From assembly GCA_964016885.1 (NCBI GenBank), contig OZ024759.1, positions 372,001-436,000 of the forward strand: 64,000 nt of DNA, written 5' to 3'. Origin of the DNA: Eledone cirrhosa. Lineage: Eukaryota. The position numbers were made by a program, and so were the translations under genes. The notes below the pieces were generated by a model. It saw only the letters and a program-made list of their open reading frames with translations, was not told the DNA's origin and searched no databases. Shown here in pieces: positions 46,221-60,880 of this stretch; the first letter of the stretch is position 1, and each line of letters opens with the position of its first letter.

Positions 46221-49200
46221 CAGTCTATATTAGTAACATGACACAGTCTATATTAGTAACATGACACAGTCTATATTAGTAACATGACATAGTCTATATT
46301 AGTAACATGACAAAGTCTATATTAGTAACAAGACAGTCTATATTGTAACATGACACAGTCTATATTAGTAGCATGACACAGTCTATATTAGTAACATGAC
46401 AAAGTCTATATTAGTAACATGACACAGTCTATATTAGTAACATGACACTGTCTATATTAGTAACTTGACAAAGTCTATATTAGTAACATGACACAGTCTA
46501 TATTAGTAACATGACAAAGTCTATATTAGTAACATGACACTGTCTATATTAGTAACTTGACAAAGTCTATATTAGTAACATGACAAAGTCTATATTAGTA
46601 ACATGACACTGTCTATATTACTAACATGACACAGTCTATATTAGTAACATGACACAGTCTATATTAGTAACATGACAATGTCTATATTAGTAACATGACA
46701 GTCTATATTAGTAACATGACAAAGTCTATATTAGTAACATGACAAAGTCTATATTAGTAACATGACAGTCTATATTAGTAACATGACACAGTCTATATTA
46801 GTAACATGACACAGTCTATATTAGTAACATGACAAAGTCTATATTAGTAACATGACACAGTCTATATTATTAACATGACAAAGTCTATATTAGTAACATG
46901 ACACAGTCTATATTAGTAACATGACAAAGTCTTTATTAGTAACATGACACAGTCTATATTAGTAACATGACAAAGTCTATATTAGTAGCATGACAAAGTC
47001 TATATTAGTAACATGACAAAGTCTATATTAGTAACATGACACAGTCTATATTAGTAACATGACAAAGTCTATATTAGTAACATGACAGTCTATATTAGTA
47101 ACATGACAGTCTATATTATTAGCATGACAAAGTCTATATTAGTAACATGACACAGTCTATATTAGTAACATGACACAGTCTATATTAGTAACATGACAAA
47201 GTCTATATTAGTAGCATGACAAAGTCTATATTAGTAACATGACACAGTCTATATTAGTAACATGACAAAGTCTATATTAGTAGCATGACAAAGTCTATAT
47301 TAGTAACATGACAAAGTCTATATTAGTAACATGACAAAGTCTATATTAGTAACATGACAGTATATATTAGTAACATGACAGTCCATATTAGTAGCATGAC
47401 AAAGTCTATATTAGTAACATGACAAAGTCTATATTAGTAACATGACACAGGCTATATTAGTAACATGACACAGTCTATATTAGTAACATGACACAGTCTA
47501 TATTAGTAACATGACACAGTCTATATTAGTAACATGACAAAGTCTATATTAGTAACATGACAAAGTCTATATTAGTAACATGACAGTCTATATTAGTAAC
47601 ATGACAAAGTCTATATTAGTAACATGACACAGTCTATATTAGTAACATGACAAAGTCTCTATTAGTAACATGACAAAGTCTATATTAGTAACATGACAGT
47701 CTATATTAGTAACATGACAAAGTCTCTATTAGTAACATGACAAAGTCTATATTATTAACATGACAGTCTATATTAGTAACATGACAAAGTCTATATTAGT
47801 AACATGACACAGTCTATATTGTAACATGACACAGTCTATATTAGTAACATGACACAGTCTATATTAGTAACATGACATAGTCTATATTAGTAACATGACA
47901 AAGTCTATATTAGTAACAAGACAGTCTATATTGTAACATGACACAGTCTATATTAGTAGCATGACACAGTCTATATTAGTAACATGACAAAGTCTATATT
48001 AGTAACATGACACAGTCTATATTAGTAACATGACAAAGTCTATATTAGTAACATGACACAGTCTATATTAGTAACATGACATAGTCTATATTAGTAACAT
48101 GACAAAGTCTATATTAGTAGCATGACACAGTCTATATTAGTAACATGACACAGTCTATATTAGTAACATGACAGTCTATATTAGTAACATGACAAAGTCT
48201 ATATTAGTAGCATGACAAAGTCTATATTAGTAACATGACACAGTCTATATTAGTAACATGACAGTCTATATTAGTAACATGACACAGTCTATATTAGTAA
48301 CATGACAAAGTCTATATTAGTAGCATGACAAAGTCTATATTAGTAACATGACAGTCTATATTAGTAACATGACAAAGTCTATATTAGTAGCATGACAAAG
48401 TCTATATTAGTAGCATGACACAGTCTATATTAGTAACATGACAGAGTCTATATTAGTAACATGACACAGTCTATATTAGTAACATGACAAAGTCTATATT
48501 AGTAGCATGACAAAGTCTATATTAGTAACATGACAAAGTCTATATTAGTAACATGGCACAGTCTATATTAGTAGCATGACAAAGTCTATATTAGTAACAT
48601 GACAAAGTCTATATTAGTAACATGACACAGTCTATATTAGTAACATGACAAAGACTATATTAGTAACATGACACAGTCTATATTAGTAACATGACAAAGT
48701 CTATATTAGTAACATGACAATCTATATTAGTATAATGACAGTCTATATTAGTAGCATGACAAAGTCTATATTAGTAACATGACAAAGTCTATATTAGTAA
48801 CATGACACAGTCTATATTAGTAACATGACACAGTCTATATTAGTAACATGACAGTCTATATTAGTAGCATGACAAAGTCTATATTAGTACCATGACACAG
48901 TCTATATTAGTAACATGACATAGTGTATATTAGTAACATGACATAGTCTATATTAGTAGCATGACAAAGTCTATATTAGTAACATGACAAAGTCTATATT
49001 AGTAACATGACACAGTCTATATTAGTAACATGACAAAGTCTATATTAGTAACATGACACAGTCTATATTAGTAGCATGACAAAGTCTATATTAGTAACAT
49101 GACATAGTCTATATTAGTAACATGACACAGTCTATATTAGTAACATGACACAGTCTATATTAGTAACATGACAAAGTCTATATTAGTAACATGACAAAGT

Positions 49201-50399
49201 CTATATTAGAAACATGACAGTCTATATTAGTAACATGACAAAATCTATATTAGTAACATGACACAGTCTATATTAGTAACATGAAAAAGTCTCTATTAGT
49301 AACATGACAAAGTCTATATTAGTAACATGACAGTCTATATTAGTAACATGACAAAGTCTCTATTAGTAACATGACAAAGTCTATATTAGTAACATGACAG
49401 TCTATATAAGTAACATGACAAAGTCTATATTAGTAACATGACAAAGTCTATATTGTAACATGACACAGTCTATATTAGTAACATGACATAGTCTATATTA
49501 GTAACATGACAAAGTCTATATTAGTAACATGACAGTCTATATTGTAACATGACACAGTCTATATTAGTAACATGACACAGTCTATATTAGTAACATGACA
49601 GTCTATATTAGTAACATGACAAAGTCTATATTAGTAACATGACAAAGTCTATATTAGTAACATGACAAAGTCTATATTAGTAACATGACAAAGTCTATAT
49701 TAGTAGCATGACACAGTCTATATTAGTAACATGACAAAGTCTATGTTAGTAACATGACACAGTCTATATTAGTAACATGACACAGTCTATATTAGTAACA
49801 TGACATAGTCTATATTAGTAACATGACAAATTCTATATTAGTAGCATGACACAGTCTATATTAGTAACATGACACAGTCTATATTAGTAACATGACAGTC
49901 TATATTAGTAACATGACAAAGTCTATATTATTAGCATGACAAAGTCTATATTAGTAACATGACACAGTCTATATTAGTAACATGACAATCTATATTAGTA
50001 ACATGACACAGTCTATATTAGTAACATGACAAAGTCTATATTAGTAGCATGACAAAGTCTATATTAGTAACATGACAGTCTATATTAGTAACATGACACA
50101 GTCTATATTATTAGCATGACAAAGTCTATATTAGTAGCATGACACAGTCTATATTAGTAATATGACACAATCTATATTAGTAACATGACACAGTCTATAT
50201 TAGTAACATGACAAAGTCTATATTAGTAACATGACAAAGTCTATATTAGTAACATGACACAGTCTATATTAGTAGCATGACAAGGTCTATATTAGTAACA
50301 TGACAGTCTATATTAGTAACATGACAAATTTTATATTAGTAGCATGACAAAGTCTATATTAGTAACATGACAAAGTCTATATTAGTAACATGACACAGT

Positions 50400-52320
50400 C
50401 TATATTAGTAACATGACAATGTCTATATTAGTAACATGACAAAGTCTATATTAGTAACATGACAAAGTCTATATTAGTAACATGACACAGTCTATATTAG
50501 TAACATGACAATGTCTATATTAGTAACATGACACAGTCCATATTAGTAACATGACAAAGTCTATATTAGTAACATGACATAGTCGATATTAGTAACATGA
50601 CACGGTCTATATTAGTAACATGACAAAGTCTATATTAGTAACATGACACAGTCTATATTAGTAACATGACAAAGTCTATATTAGTAACATGACACAGTCT
50701 ATATTAGTAACATGACAAAGTCCATATTAGTAACATGACACAGTCTATATTAGTAACATGACAAAGTCTATATTAGTAACATGACACAGTCTATATTAGT
50801 AACATGACACGGTCTATATTAGTAACATGACAAAGTCTATATTAGTAACATTACACAGTCTATATTAGTAACATGACAAAGTCTATATTAGTAACATGAC
50901 ACAGTCTTTATTAGTAACATGACACAGTCTTTATTAGTAACATGACACAGTCTATATTAGTAACATGACACAGTCTATATTAGTAACATGACAAAGTCTA
51001 TATTAGTAACATGACACAGTCTATATTAGTAACATGACAAAGTCTATATTAGTAACATGACACAGTCTATATTAGTAACATGACAAAGTCTATATTAGTA
51101 ACATGACACAGTCTATATTAGTAACATGACAAAGTCTATATTAGTAACATGACACAGTCTATATTAGTAACATGACAAAGTCTATATTAGTAGCATGACA
51201 AAGTCTATATTAGTAACATGACAAAGTCTATATTAGTAACATGACACAGTCTATATTAGTAACATGACAAAGACTATATTAGTAACATGACAGTCTATAT
51301 TAGTAACATGACAAAGTCTATATTAGCAACATGACAGTCTATATTAGTAACATGACAGTCTATATTAGTAGCATGACAAAGTCTATATTAGTAACATGAC
51401 AAAGTCTATATTAGTAACATGACACAGTCTATATTAGTAACATGACAGTCTATATTAGTAGCATGACAAAGTCTATATTAGTAACATGACACAGTCTATA
51501 TTAGTAACATGACATAGTCTATATTAGTAACATGACATAGTCTATATTAGTAGCATGACAATGTCTATATTAGTAACATGACAAAGTCTATATTAGTAAC
51601 ATGACACAGTCTATATTAGTAACATGACAAAGTCTATATTAGTAACATGACACAGTCTATATTAGTAGCATGACAAAGTCTATATTAGTAACATGATACA
51701 GTCTATATTAGTAACATGACACAGTCTATATTACTAACATGACAAAGTCTATATTAGTAACATGACACAGTCTATATTAGTAACATGACAAAGTCTATAT
51801 TAGTAACATGACACAGTCTATATTAGTAACATGACAAAGTCTCTATTAGTAACATGACACAGTCTATATTAGTAACATGACACAGTCTATATTAGTAACA
51901 TGACAGTCTATATTAGTAGCATGACAAAGTCTATATTAGTAGCATGACAAAGTCTATATTAGTAACATGACAGTCTATATTAGTAACATGACAAAGTCTA
52001 TATTAGTAGCATGACAAAGTCTATATTAGTAGCATGACACAGTCTATATTAGTAACATGACACAGTCTATATTAGTAACATGACACAGTCTATATTAGTA
52101 ACATGACAAAGTCTATATTAGTAGCATGAGAAAGTCTATATTAGTAACATGACAAAGTCTATATTAGTAACATGACACAGTCTATATTAGTAACATGACA
52201 AAGTCTATATTAGTAACATGACAAAGTCTATATTAGTAACATGACACAGTCTATATTAGTAACATGACAAAGTCTATATTAGTAACATGACACTGTCTAT
52301 ATTAGTTGCTTGACAAAGTC
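50400..52320. repeat. Block repeated about 11.5-11.7 kb downstream (about 61930-64000)
   Basis: CACGGTC 50601/62129 (offset 11,528). TTACACAG 50851/62471 and TATTAGCAAC 51321/62941 (offset 11,620). Paired GTCTTTA units and GAGAAAG occur in both copies. Confidence 0.85.
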
Positions 52321-55300
52321 TATATTAGTAACATGACACAGTCTATATTAGTAGCATGACACAGTCTATGTCAGTAACATGACACAGTCTATATTAGTAA
52401 CATGACACAGTCTATATTAGTAACATGGCACAGTCTATATTAGTAACATGACAATGTCTATATTAGTAACATGACAAAGTCTATATTAGTAACATGACAA
52501 AGTCTATATTAGTAACATGACACAGTCTATATTAGTAACATGACAATGTCTATATTAGTAACATGACACAGTCTATATTAGTAACATGACACAGTCTATA
52601 TTAGTAACATGACAAAGTCTATATTAGTAGCATGACAAAGGCTATATTAGTAACATGACAAAGTCTATATTAGTAACATGACACAGTCTATAATAGTAAC
52701 ATGACAAAGACTATATTAGTAACATGACACAGTCTATATTAGTAACATGACAAAGTCTATATTAGTAACATGACAATCTATATTAGTAACATGACAGTCT
52801 ATATTAGTAGCATGACAAAGTCTATATTAGTAACATGACAAAGTCTATATTAGTAACATGACACAGTCTATATTAGTAACATGACACAGTCTATATTAGT
52901 AACATGACACAGTCTATATTAGTAGCATGACAGTCTATATTAGTAGCATGACAAAGTCTATATTAGTACCATGACACAGTCTATATTAGTAACATGACAT
53001 AGTCTATATTAGTAACATGACATAGTCTATATTAGTAGCATGACAAAGTCTATATTAGTAACATGACAAAGTCTATATTAGTAACATGACACAGTCTATA
53101 TTAGTAACATAACAAAGTCTATATTAGTAACATGACACAGTCTATATTAGTAGCATGACAAAGTCTATATTAGTAACATGACACAGTCTATATTAGTAAC
53201 ATGACACAGTCTATATTAGTAACATGACAAAGTCTATATTAGTAACATGACACAGTCTATATTAGTAACATGACAAAGTCTATATTAGTAACATGACACA
53301 GTCTATATTAGTAACATGACAAAGTCTATATTAGTAACATGACACAGTCTATATTAGTAACATGACACAGTCTATATTAGTAACATGACACAGTCTATAT
53401 TAGTAACATGACAAAGTCTATATTAGTAACATGACAAAGTCTATATTAGAAACATGACAGTCTATATTAGTAACATGACAAAATCTATATTAGTAACATG
53501 ACACAGTCTATATTAGTAACATGAAAAAGTCTCTATTAGTAACATGACAAAGTCTATATTAGTAACATGACAGTCTATATTAGTAACATGACAAAGTCTC
53601 TATTAGTAACATGACAAACTCTATATTAGTAACATGACAGTCTATATAAGTAACATGACAAAGTCTATATTAGTAACATGACAAAGTCTATATTGTAACA
53701 TGACACAGTCTATATTAGTAACATGACATAGTCTATATTAGTAACATGACAAAGTCTATATTAGTAACATGACAGTCTATATTGTAACATGACACAGTCT
53801 ATATTAGTAACATGACACAGTCTATATTAGTAACATGACAGTCTATATTAGTAACATGACAAAGTCTATATTAGTAACATGACACAGTCTATATTAGTAG
53901 CATGACAAAGTCTATATTAGTAACATGACACAGTCTATATTAGTAACATGACACAGTCTATATTAGTAACATGACAAAGTCTATATTAGTAACATGACAC
54001 AGTCTATATTACTAACATGACAAAGTCTATATTAGTAACATGACACAGTCTATATTAGTAACATGACAAAGTCTATATTAGTAACATGACACAGTCTATA
54101 TTAGTAACATGACAAAGTCTCTATTAGTAACATGACACAGTCTATATTAGTAACATGACACAGTCTATATTAGTAACATGACAGTCTATATTAGTAGCAT
54201 GACAAAGTCTATATTAGTAGCATGACAAAGTCTATATTAGTAACATGACAGTCTATATTAGTAACATGACAAAGTCTATATTAGTAGCATGACAAAGTCT
54301 ATATTAGTAGCATGACACAGTCTATATTAGTAACATGACACAGTCTATATTAGTAACATGACACAGTCTATATTAGTAACATGACAAAGTCTATATTAGT
54401 AGCATGAGAAAGTCTATATTTGTAACATGACAAAGTCTATATTAGTAACATGACACAGTCTATATTAGTAACATGACAAAGTCTATATTAGTAACATGAC
54501 AAAGTCTATATTAGTAGCATGACACAGTCTATATTAGTAACATGACAAAGTCTATATTAGTAACATGACACTGTCCATATTAGTTACTTGACAAAGTCTA
54601 TATTAGTAACATGACACAGTCTATATTAGTAACATGACACAGTCTATATTAGTAACAGGACAAAGTCTATATTAGTAGCATGACAAAGTCTATATTAGTA
54701 ACATGACAAAGTCTATATTAGTAACATGACACAGTCTATATTAGTAACATGACAAAGTCTATATTAGTAACATGACACAGTCTATATTAGTAACATGACA
54801 CAGTCTATATTAGTAACATGACAGTCTATATTAGTAGCATGACAAAGTCTATATTAGTAGCATGACAGTCTATATTAGTAACATGACACAGTCTATATTA
54901 GTAGCATGACAAAGTCTATATTAGTAACATGACAGTCTATATTAGTAACATGACAAAGTCTATATTAGTAGCATGACAAAGTCTATATTAGTAGCATGAC
55001 ACAGTCTATATTAGTAACATGACACAGTCTATATTAGTAACATGACAAAGTCTATATTAGTAGCATGAGAAAGTCTATATTAGTAACATGACAAAGTCTA
55101 TATTAGTAACATGACACAGTCTATACTAGTAACATGACAAAGTCTATATTAGTAACATGACAAAGTCTATATTAGTAACATGACACAGTCTATATTAGTA
55201 ACATGACAAAGTCTATATTAGTAACATGACACTGTCTATATTAGTTACTTGACAAAGTCTATATTAGTAACATGACACAGTCTATATTAGTAACATGACA

Positions 55301-57749
55301 AAGTCCATATTAGTAACATGACACAGTCTATATTAGTAACATGACACAGTCTATATTAGTAACATGACAAAGTCCATATTAGTAACATGACACAGTCTAT
55401 ATTAGTAACATGACAAAGTCTATATTAGTAACATGACACAGTCTATATTAGTAACATGACAAAGTCTATATTAGTAACATGACACAGTCTATATTAGTAA
55501 CATGACAAAGTCTATATTAGTAACATGACACAATCTATATTAGTAACATGACACAGTCTATATTAGTAACATGACAAAGTCTATATTAGTAACATGACAG
55601 TCTATATTAGTAACATGACAAAGTCTATATTAGTAGCATGACAAAGTCTATATTAGTAACATGACAAAGTCTATATTAGTAGCATGACACAGTCTATGTC
55701 AGTAACATGACACAGTCTATATTAGTAACATGACACAGTCTATATTAGTAACATGGCACAGTCTATATTAGTAACATGACAATGTCTATATTAGTAACAT
55801 GACAAAGTCTATATTAGTAACATGACAAAGTCTATATTAGTAACATGACAATGTCTATATTAGTAACATGACACAGTCTATATTAGTAACATGACACAGT
55901 CTATATTAGTAACATGACAAAGTCTATATTAGTAGCATGACAAAGGCTATATTAGTAACATGACAAAGTCTATATTAGTAACATGACACAGTCTATAATA
56001 GTAACATGACAAAGACTATATTAGTAACATGACACAGTCTATATTAGTAACATGACAAAGTCTATATTAGTAACATGACAATCTATATTAGTAACATGAC
56101 AGTCTATATTAGTAGCATGACAAAGTCTATATTAGTAACATGACAAAGTCTATATTAGTAACATGACACAGTCTATATTAGTAACATGACACAGTCTATA
56201 TTAGTAACATGACACAGTCTATATTAGTAGCATGACAGTCTATATTAGTAGCATGACAAAGTCTATATTAGTACCATGACACAGTCTATATTAGTAACAT
56301 GACATAGTCTATATTAGTAACATGACATAGTCTATATTAGTAGCATGACAAAGTCTATATTAGTAACATGACAAAGTCTATATTAGTAACATGACACAGT
56401 CTATATTAGTAACATAACAAAGTCTATATTAGTAACATGACACAGTCTATATTAGTAGCATGACAAAGTCTATATTAGTAACATGACACAGTCTATATTA
56501 GTAACATGACACAGTCTATATTAGTAACATGACAAAGTCTATATTAGTAACATGACACAGTCTATATTAGTAACATGACAAAGTCTATATTAGTAACATG
56601 ACACAGTCTATATTAGTAACATGACACAGTCTATATTAGTAACATGACACAGTCTATATTAGTAACATGACAAAGTCTATATTAGTAACATGACAAAGTC
56701 TATATTAGAAACATGACAGTCTATATTAGTAACATGACAAAATCTATATTAGTAACATGACACAGTCTATATTAGTAACATGAAAAAGTCTCTATTAGTA
56801 ACATGACAAAGTCTATATTAGTAACATGACAGTCTATATTAGTAACATGACAAAGTCTCTATTAGTAACATGACAAAGTCTATATTAGTAACATGACAGT
56901 CTATATAAGTAACATGACAAAGTCTATATTAGTAACATGACAAAGTCTATATTGTAACATGACACAGTCTATATTAGTAACATGACATAGTCTATATTAG
57001 TAACATGACAAAGTCTATATTAGTAACATGACAGTCTATATTGTAACATGACACAGTCTATATTAGTAACATGACACAGTCTATATTAGTAACATGACAG
57101 TCTATATTAGTAACATGACAAAGTCTATATTAGTAACATGACAAAGTCTATATTAGTAACATGACAAAGTCTATATTAGTAACATGACAAAGTCTATATT
57201 AGTAGCATGACACAGTCTATATTAGTAACATGACAAAGTCTATGTTAGTAACATGACACAGTCTATATTAGTAACATGACACAGTCTATATTAGTAACAT
57301 GACATAGTCTATATTAGTAACATGACAAATTCTATATTAGTAGCATGACACAGTCTATATTAGTAACATGACACAGTCTATATTAGTAACATGACAGTCT
57401 ATATTAGTAACATGACAAAGTCTATATTAGTAGCATGACAAAGTCTATATTAGTAACATGACACAGTCTATATTAGTAACATGACAATCTATATTAGTAA
57501 CATGACAGTCTATATTAGTAACATGACAAAGTCTATATTAGTAGCATGACAAAGTCTATATTAGTAACATGACAGTCTATATTAGTAACATGACAATGTC
57601 TATATTAGTAACATGACAAAGTCTATATTAGTAACATGACAAAGTCTATATTAGTAACATGACACAGTCTATATTAGTAACATGACAATGTCTATATTAG
57701 TAACATGACACCGTCCATATTAGTAACATGACAAAGTCTATATTAGTAA

Positions 57750-60700
57750 CATGACACAGTCGATATTAGTAACATGACACGGTCTATATTAGTAACATGA
57801 CAAAGTCTATATTAGTAACATGACACAGTCTATATTAGTAACATGACAAAGTCTATATTAGTAACATGACACAGTCTATATTAGTAACATGACAAAGTCC
57901 ATATTAGTAACATGACACAGTCTATATTAGTAACATGACAAAGTCTATATTAGTAACATGACACAGTCTATATTAGTAACATGACAAAGTCTATATTAGT
58001 AACATGACACAGTCTATATTAGTAACATGACAAAGTCTATATTAGTAACATGACACAATCTATATTAGTAACATGACACAGTCTATATTAGTAACATGAC
58101 AAAGTCTGTATTAGTAACATGACAGTCTATATTAGTAACATGACAAAGTCTATATTAGTAGCATGACAAAGTCTATATTAGTAACATGACAAAGTCTATA
58201 TTAGTAGCATGACACAGTCTATGTCAGTAACATGACACAGTCTATATTAGTAACATGACACAGTCTATATTAGTAACATGGCACAGTCTATATTAGTAAC
58301 ATGACAATGTCTATATTAGTAACATGACAAAGTCTATATTAGTAACATGACAAAGTCTATATTAGTAACATGACAATGTCTATATTAGTAACATGACACA
58401 GTCTATATTAGTAACATGACACAGTCTATATTAGTAACATGACAAAGTCTATATTAGTAGCATGACAAAGGCTATATTAGTAACATGACAAAGTCTATAT
58501 TAGTAACATGACACAGTCTATAATAGTAACATGCCAAAGACTATATTAGTAACATGACACAGTCTATATTAGTAACATGACAAAGTCTATATTAGTAACA
58601 TGACAATCTATATTAGTAACATGACAGTCTATATTAGTAGCATGACAAAGTCTATATTAGTAACATGACAAAGTCTATATTAGTAACATGACACAGTCTA
58701 TATTAGTAACATGACACAGTCTATATTAGTAACATGACACAGTCTATATTAGTAGCATGACAGTCTATATTAGTAGCATGACAAAGTCTATATTAGTACC
58801 ATGACACAGTCTATATTAGTAACATGACATAGTCTATATTAGTAACATGACATAGTCTATATTAGTAGCATGACAAAGTCTATATTAGTAACATGACAAA
58901 GTCTATATTAGTAACATGACACAGTCTATATTAGTAACATAACAAAGTCTATATTAGTAACATGACACAGTCTATATTAGTAGCATGACAAAGTCTATAT
59001 TAGTAACATGACACAGTCTATATTAGTAACATGACACAGTCTATATTAGTAACATGACACAGTCTATATTAGTAACATGACAAAGTCTATATTAGTAACA
59101 TGACAAAGTCTATATTAGAAACATGACAGTCTATATTAGTAACATGACAAAATCTATATTAGTAACATGACACAGTCTATATTAGTAACATGAAAAAGTC
59201 TATATTAGTAACATGACACAGTCGATATTAGTAACATGACACGGTCTATATTAGTAACATGACAAAGTCTATATTAGTAACATGACACAGTCTATATTAG
59301 TAACATGACAAAGTCTATATTAGTAACATGACACAGTCTATATTAGTAACATGACAAAGTCTATATTAGTAACATGACACAGTCTATATTAGTAACATGA
59401 CACAGTCTATATTAGTAACATGACACAGTCTATATTAGTAACATGACAAAGTCTATATTAGTAGCATGACAAAGTCTATATTAGAAACATGACAGTCTAT
59501 ATTAGTAACATGACAAAATCTATATTAGTAACATGACACAGTCTATATTAGTAACATGAAAAAGTCTATATTAGTAACATGACACAGTCGATATTAGTAA
59601 CATGACACGGTCTATATTAGTAACATGACAAAGTCTATATTAGTAACATGACACAGTCTATATTAGTAACATGACAAAGTCTATATTAGTAACATGACAC
59701 AGTCTATATTAGTAACATGACAAAGTCCATATTAGTAACATGACACAGTCTATATTAGTAACATGACAAAGTCTATATTAGTAACATGACACAGTCTATA
59801 TTAGTAACATGACAAGGTCTATATTAGTAACATGACACAGTCTATATTAGTAACATGACAAAGTCTATATTAGTAACATGACACAATCTATATTAGTAAC
59901 ATGACACAGTCTATATTAGTAACATGACAAAGTCTGTATTAGTAACATGACAGTCTATATTAGTAACATGACAAAGTCTATATTAGTAGCATGACAAAGT
60001 CTATATTAGTAACATGACAAAGTCTATATTAGTAGCATGACACAGTCTATGTCAGTAACATGACACAGTCTATATTAGTAACATGACACAGTCTATATTA
60101 GTAACATGGCACAGTCTATATTAGTAACATGACAATGTCTATATTAGTAACATGACAAAGTCTATATTAGTAACATGACAAAGTCTATATTAGTAACATG
60201 ACAATGTCTATATTAGTAACATGACACAGTCTATATTAGTAACATGACACAGTCTATATTAGTAACATGACAAAGTCTATATTAGTAGCATGACAAAGGC
60301 TATATTAGTAACATGACAAAGTCTATATTAGTAACATGACACAGTCTATAATAGTAACATGCCAAAGACTATATTAGTAACATGACACAGTCTATATTAG
60401 TAACATGACAAAGTCTATATTAGTAACATGACAATCTATATTAGTAACATGACAGTCTATATTAGTAGCATGACAAAGTCTATATTAGTAACATGACAAA
60501 GTCTATATTAGTAACATGACACAGTCTATATTAGTAACATGACACAGTCTATATTAGTAACATGACACAGTCTATATTAGTAGCATGACAGTCTATATTA
60601 GTAGCATGACAAAGTCTATATTAGTACCATGACACAGTCTATATTAGTAACATGACATAGTCTATATTAGTAACATGACATAGTCTATATTAGTAGCATG

Positions 60701-60880
60701 ACAAAGTCTATATTAGTAACATGACAAAGTCTATATTAGTAACATGACACAGTCTATATTAGTAACATAACAAAGTCTATATTAGTAACATGACACAGTC
60801 TATATTAGTAGCATGACAAAGTCTATATTAGTAACATGACACAGTCTATATTAGTAACATGACACAGTCTATATTAGTAA
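57750..60880. repeat. Higher-order duplication at offset 1,828 bp with a nested 366-bp duplication
   Basis: AAAGTCTGTA 58101/59929 and ATGCCAAAGA 58531/60359. Nested pairs: AGAAAC 59117/59483 and GTCGAT 59221/59587. Confidence 0.85.
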
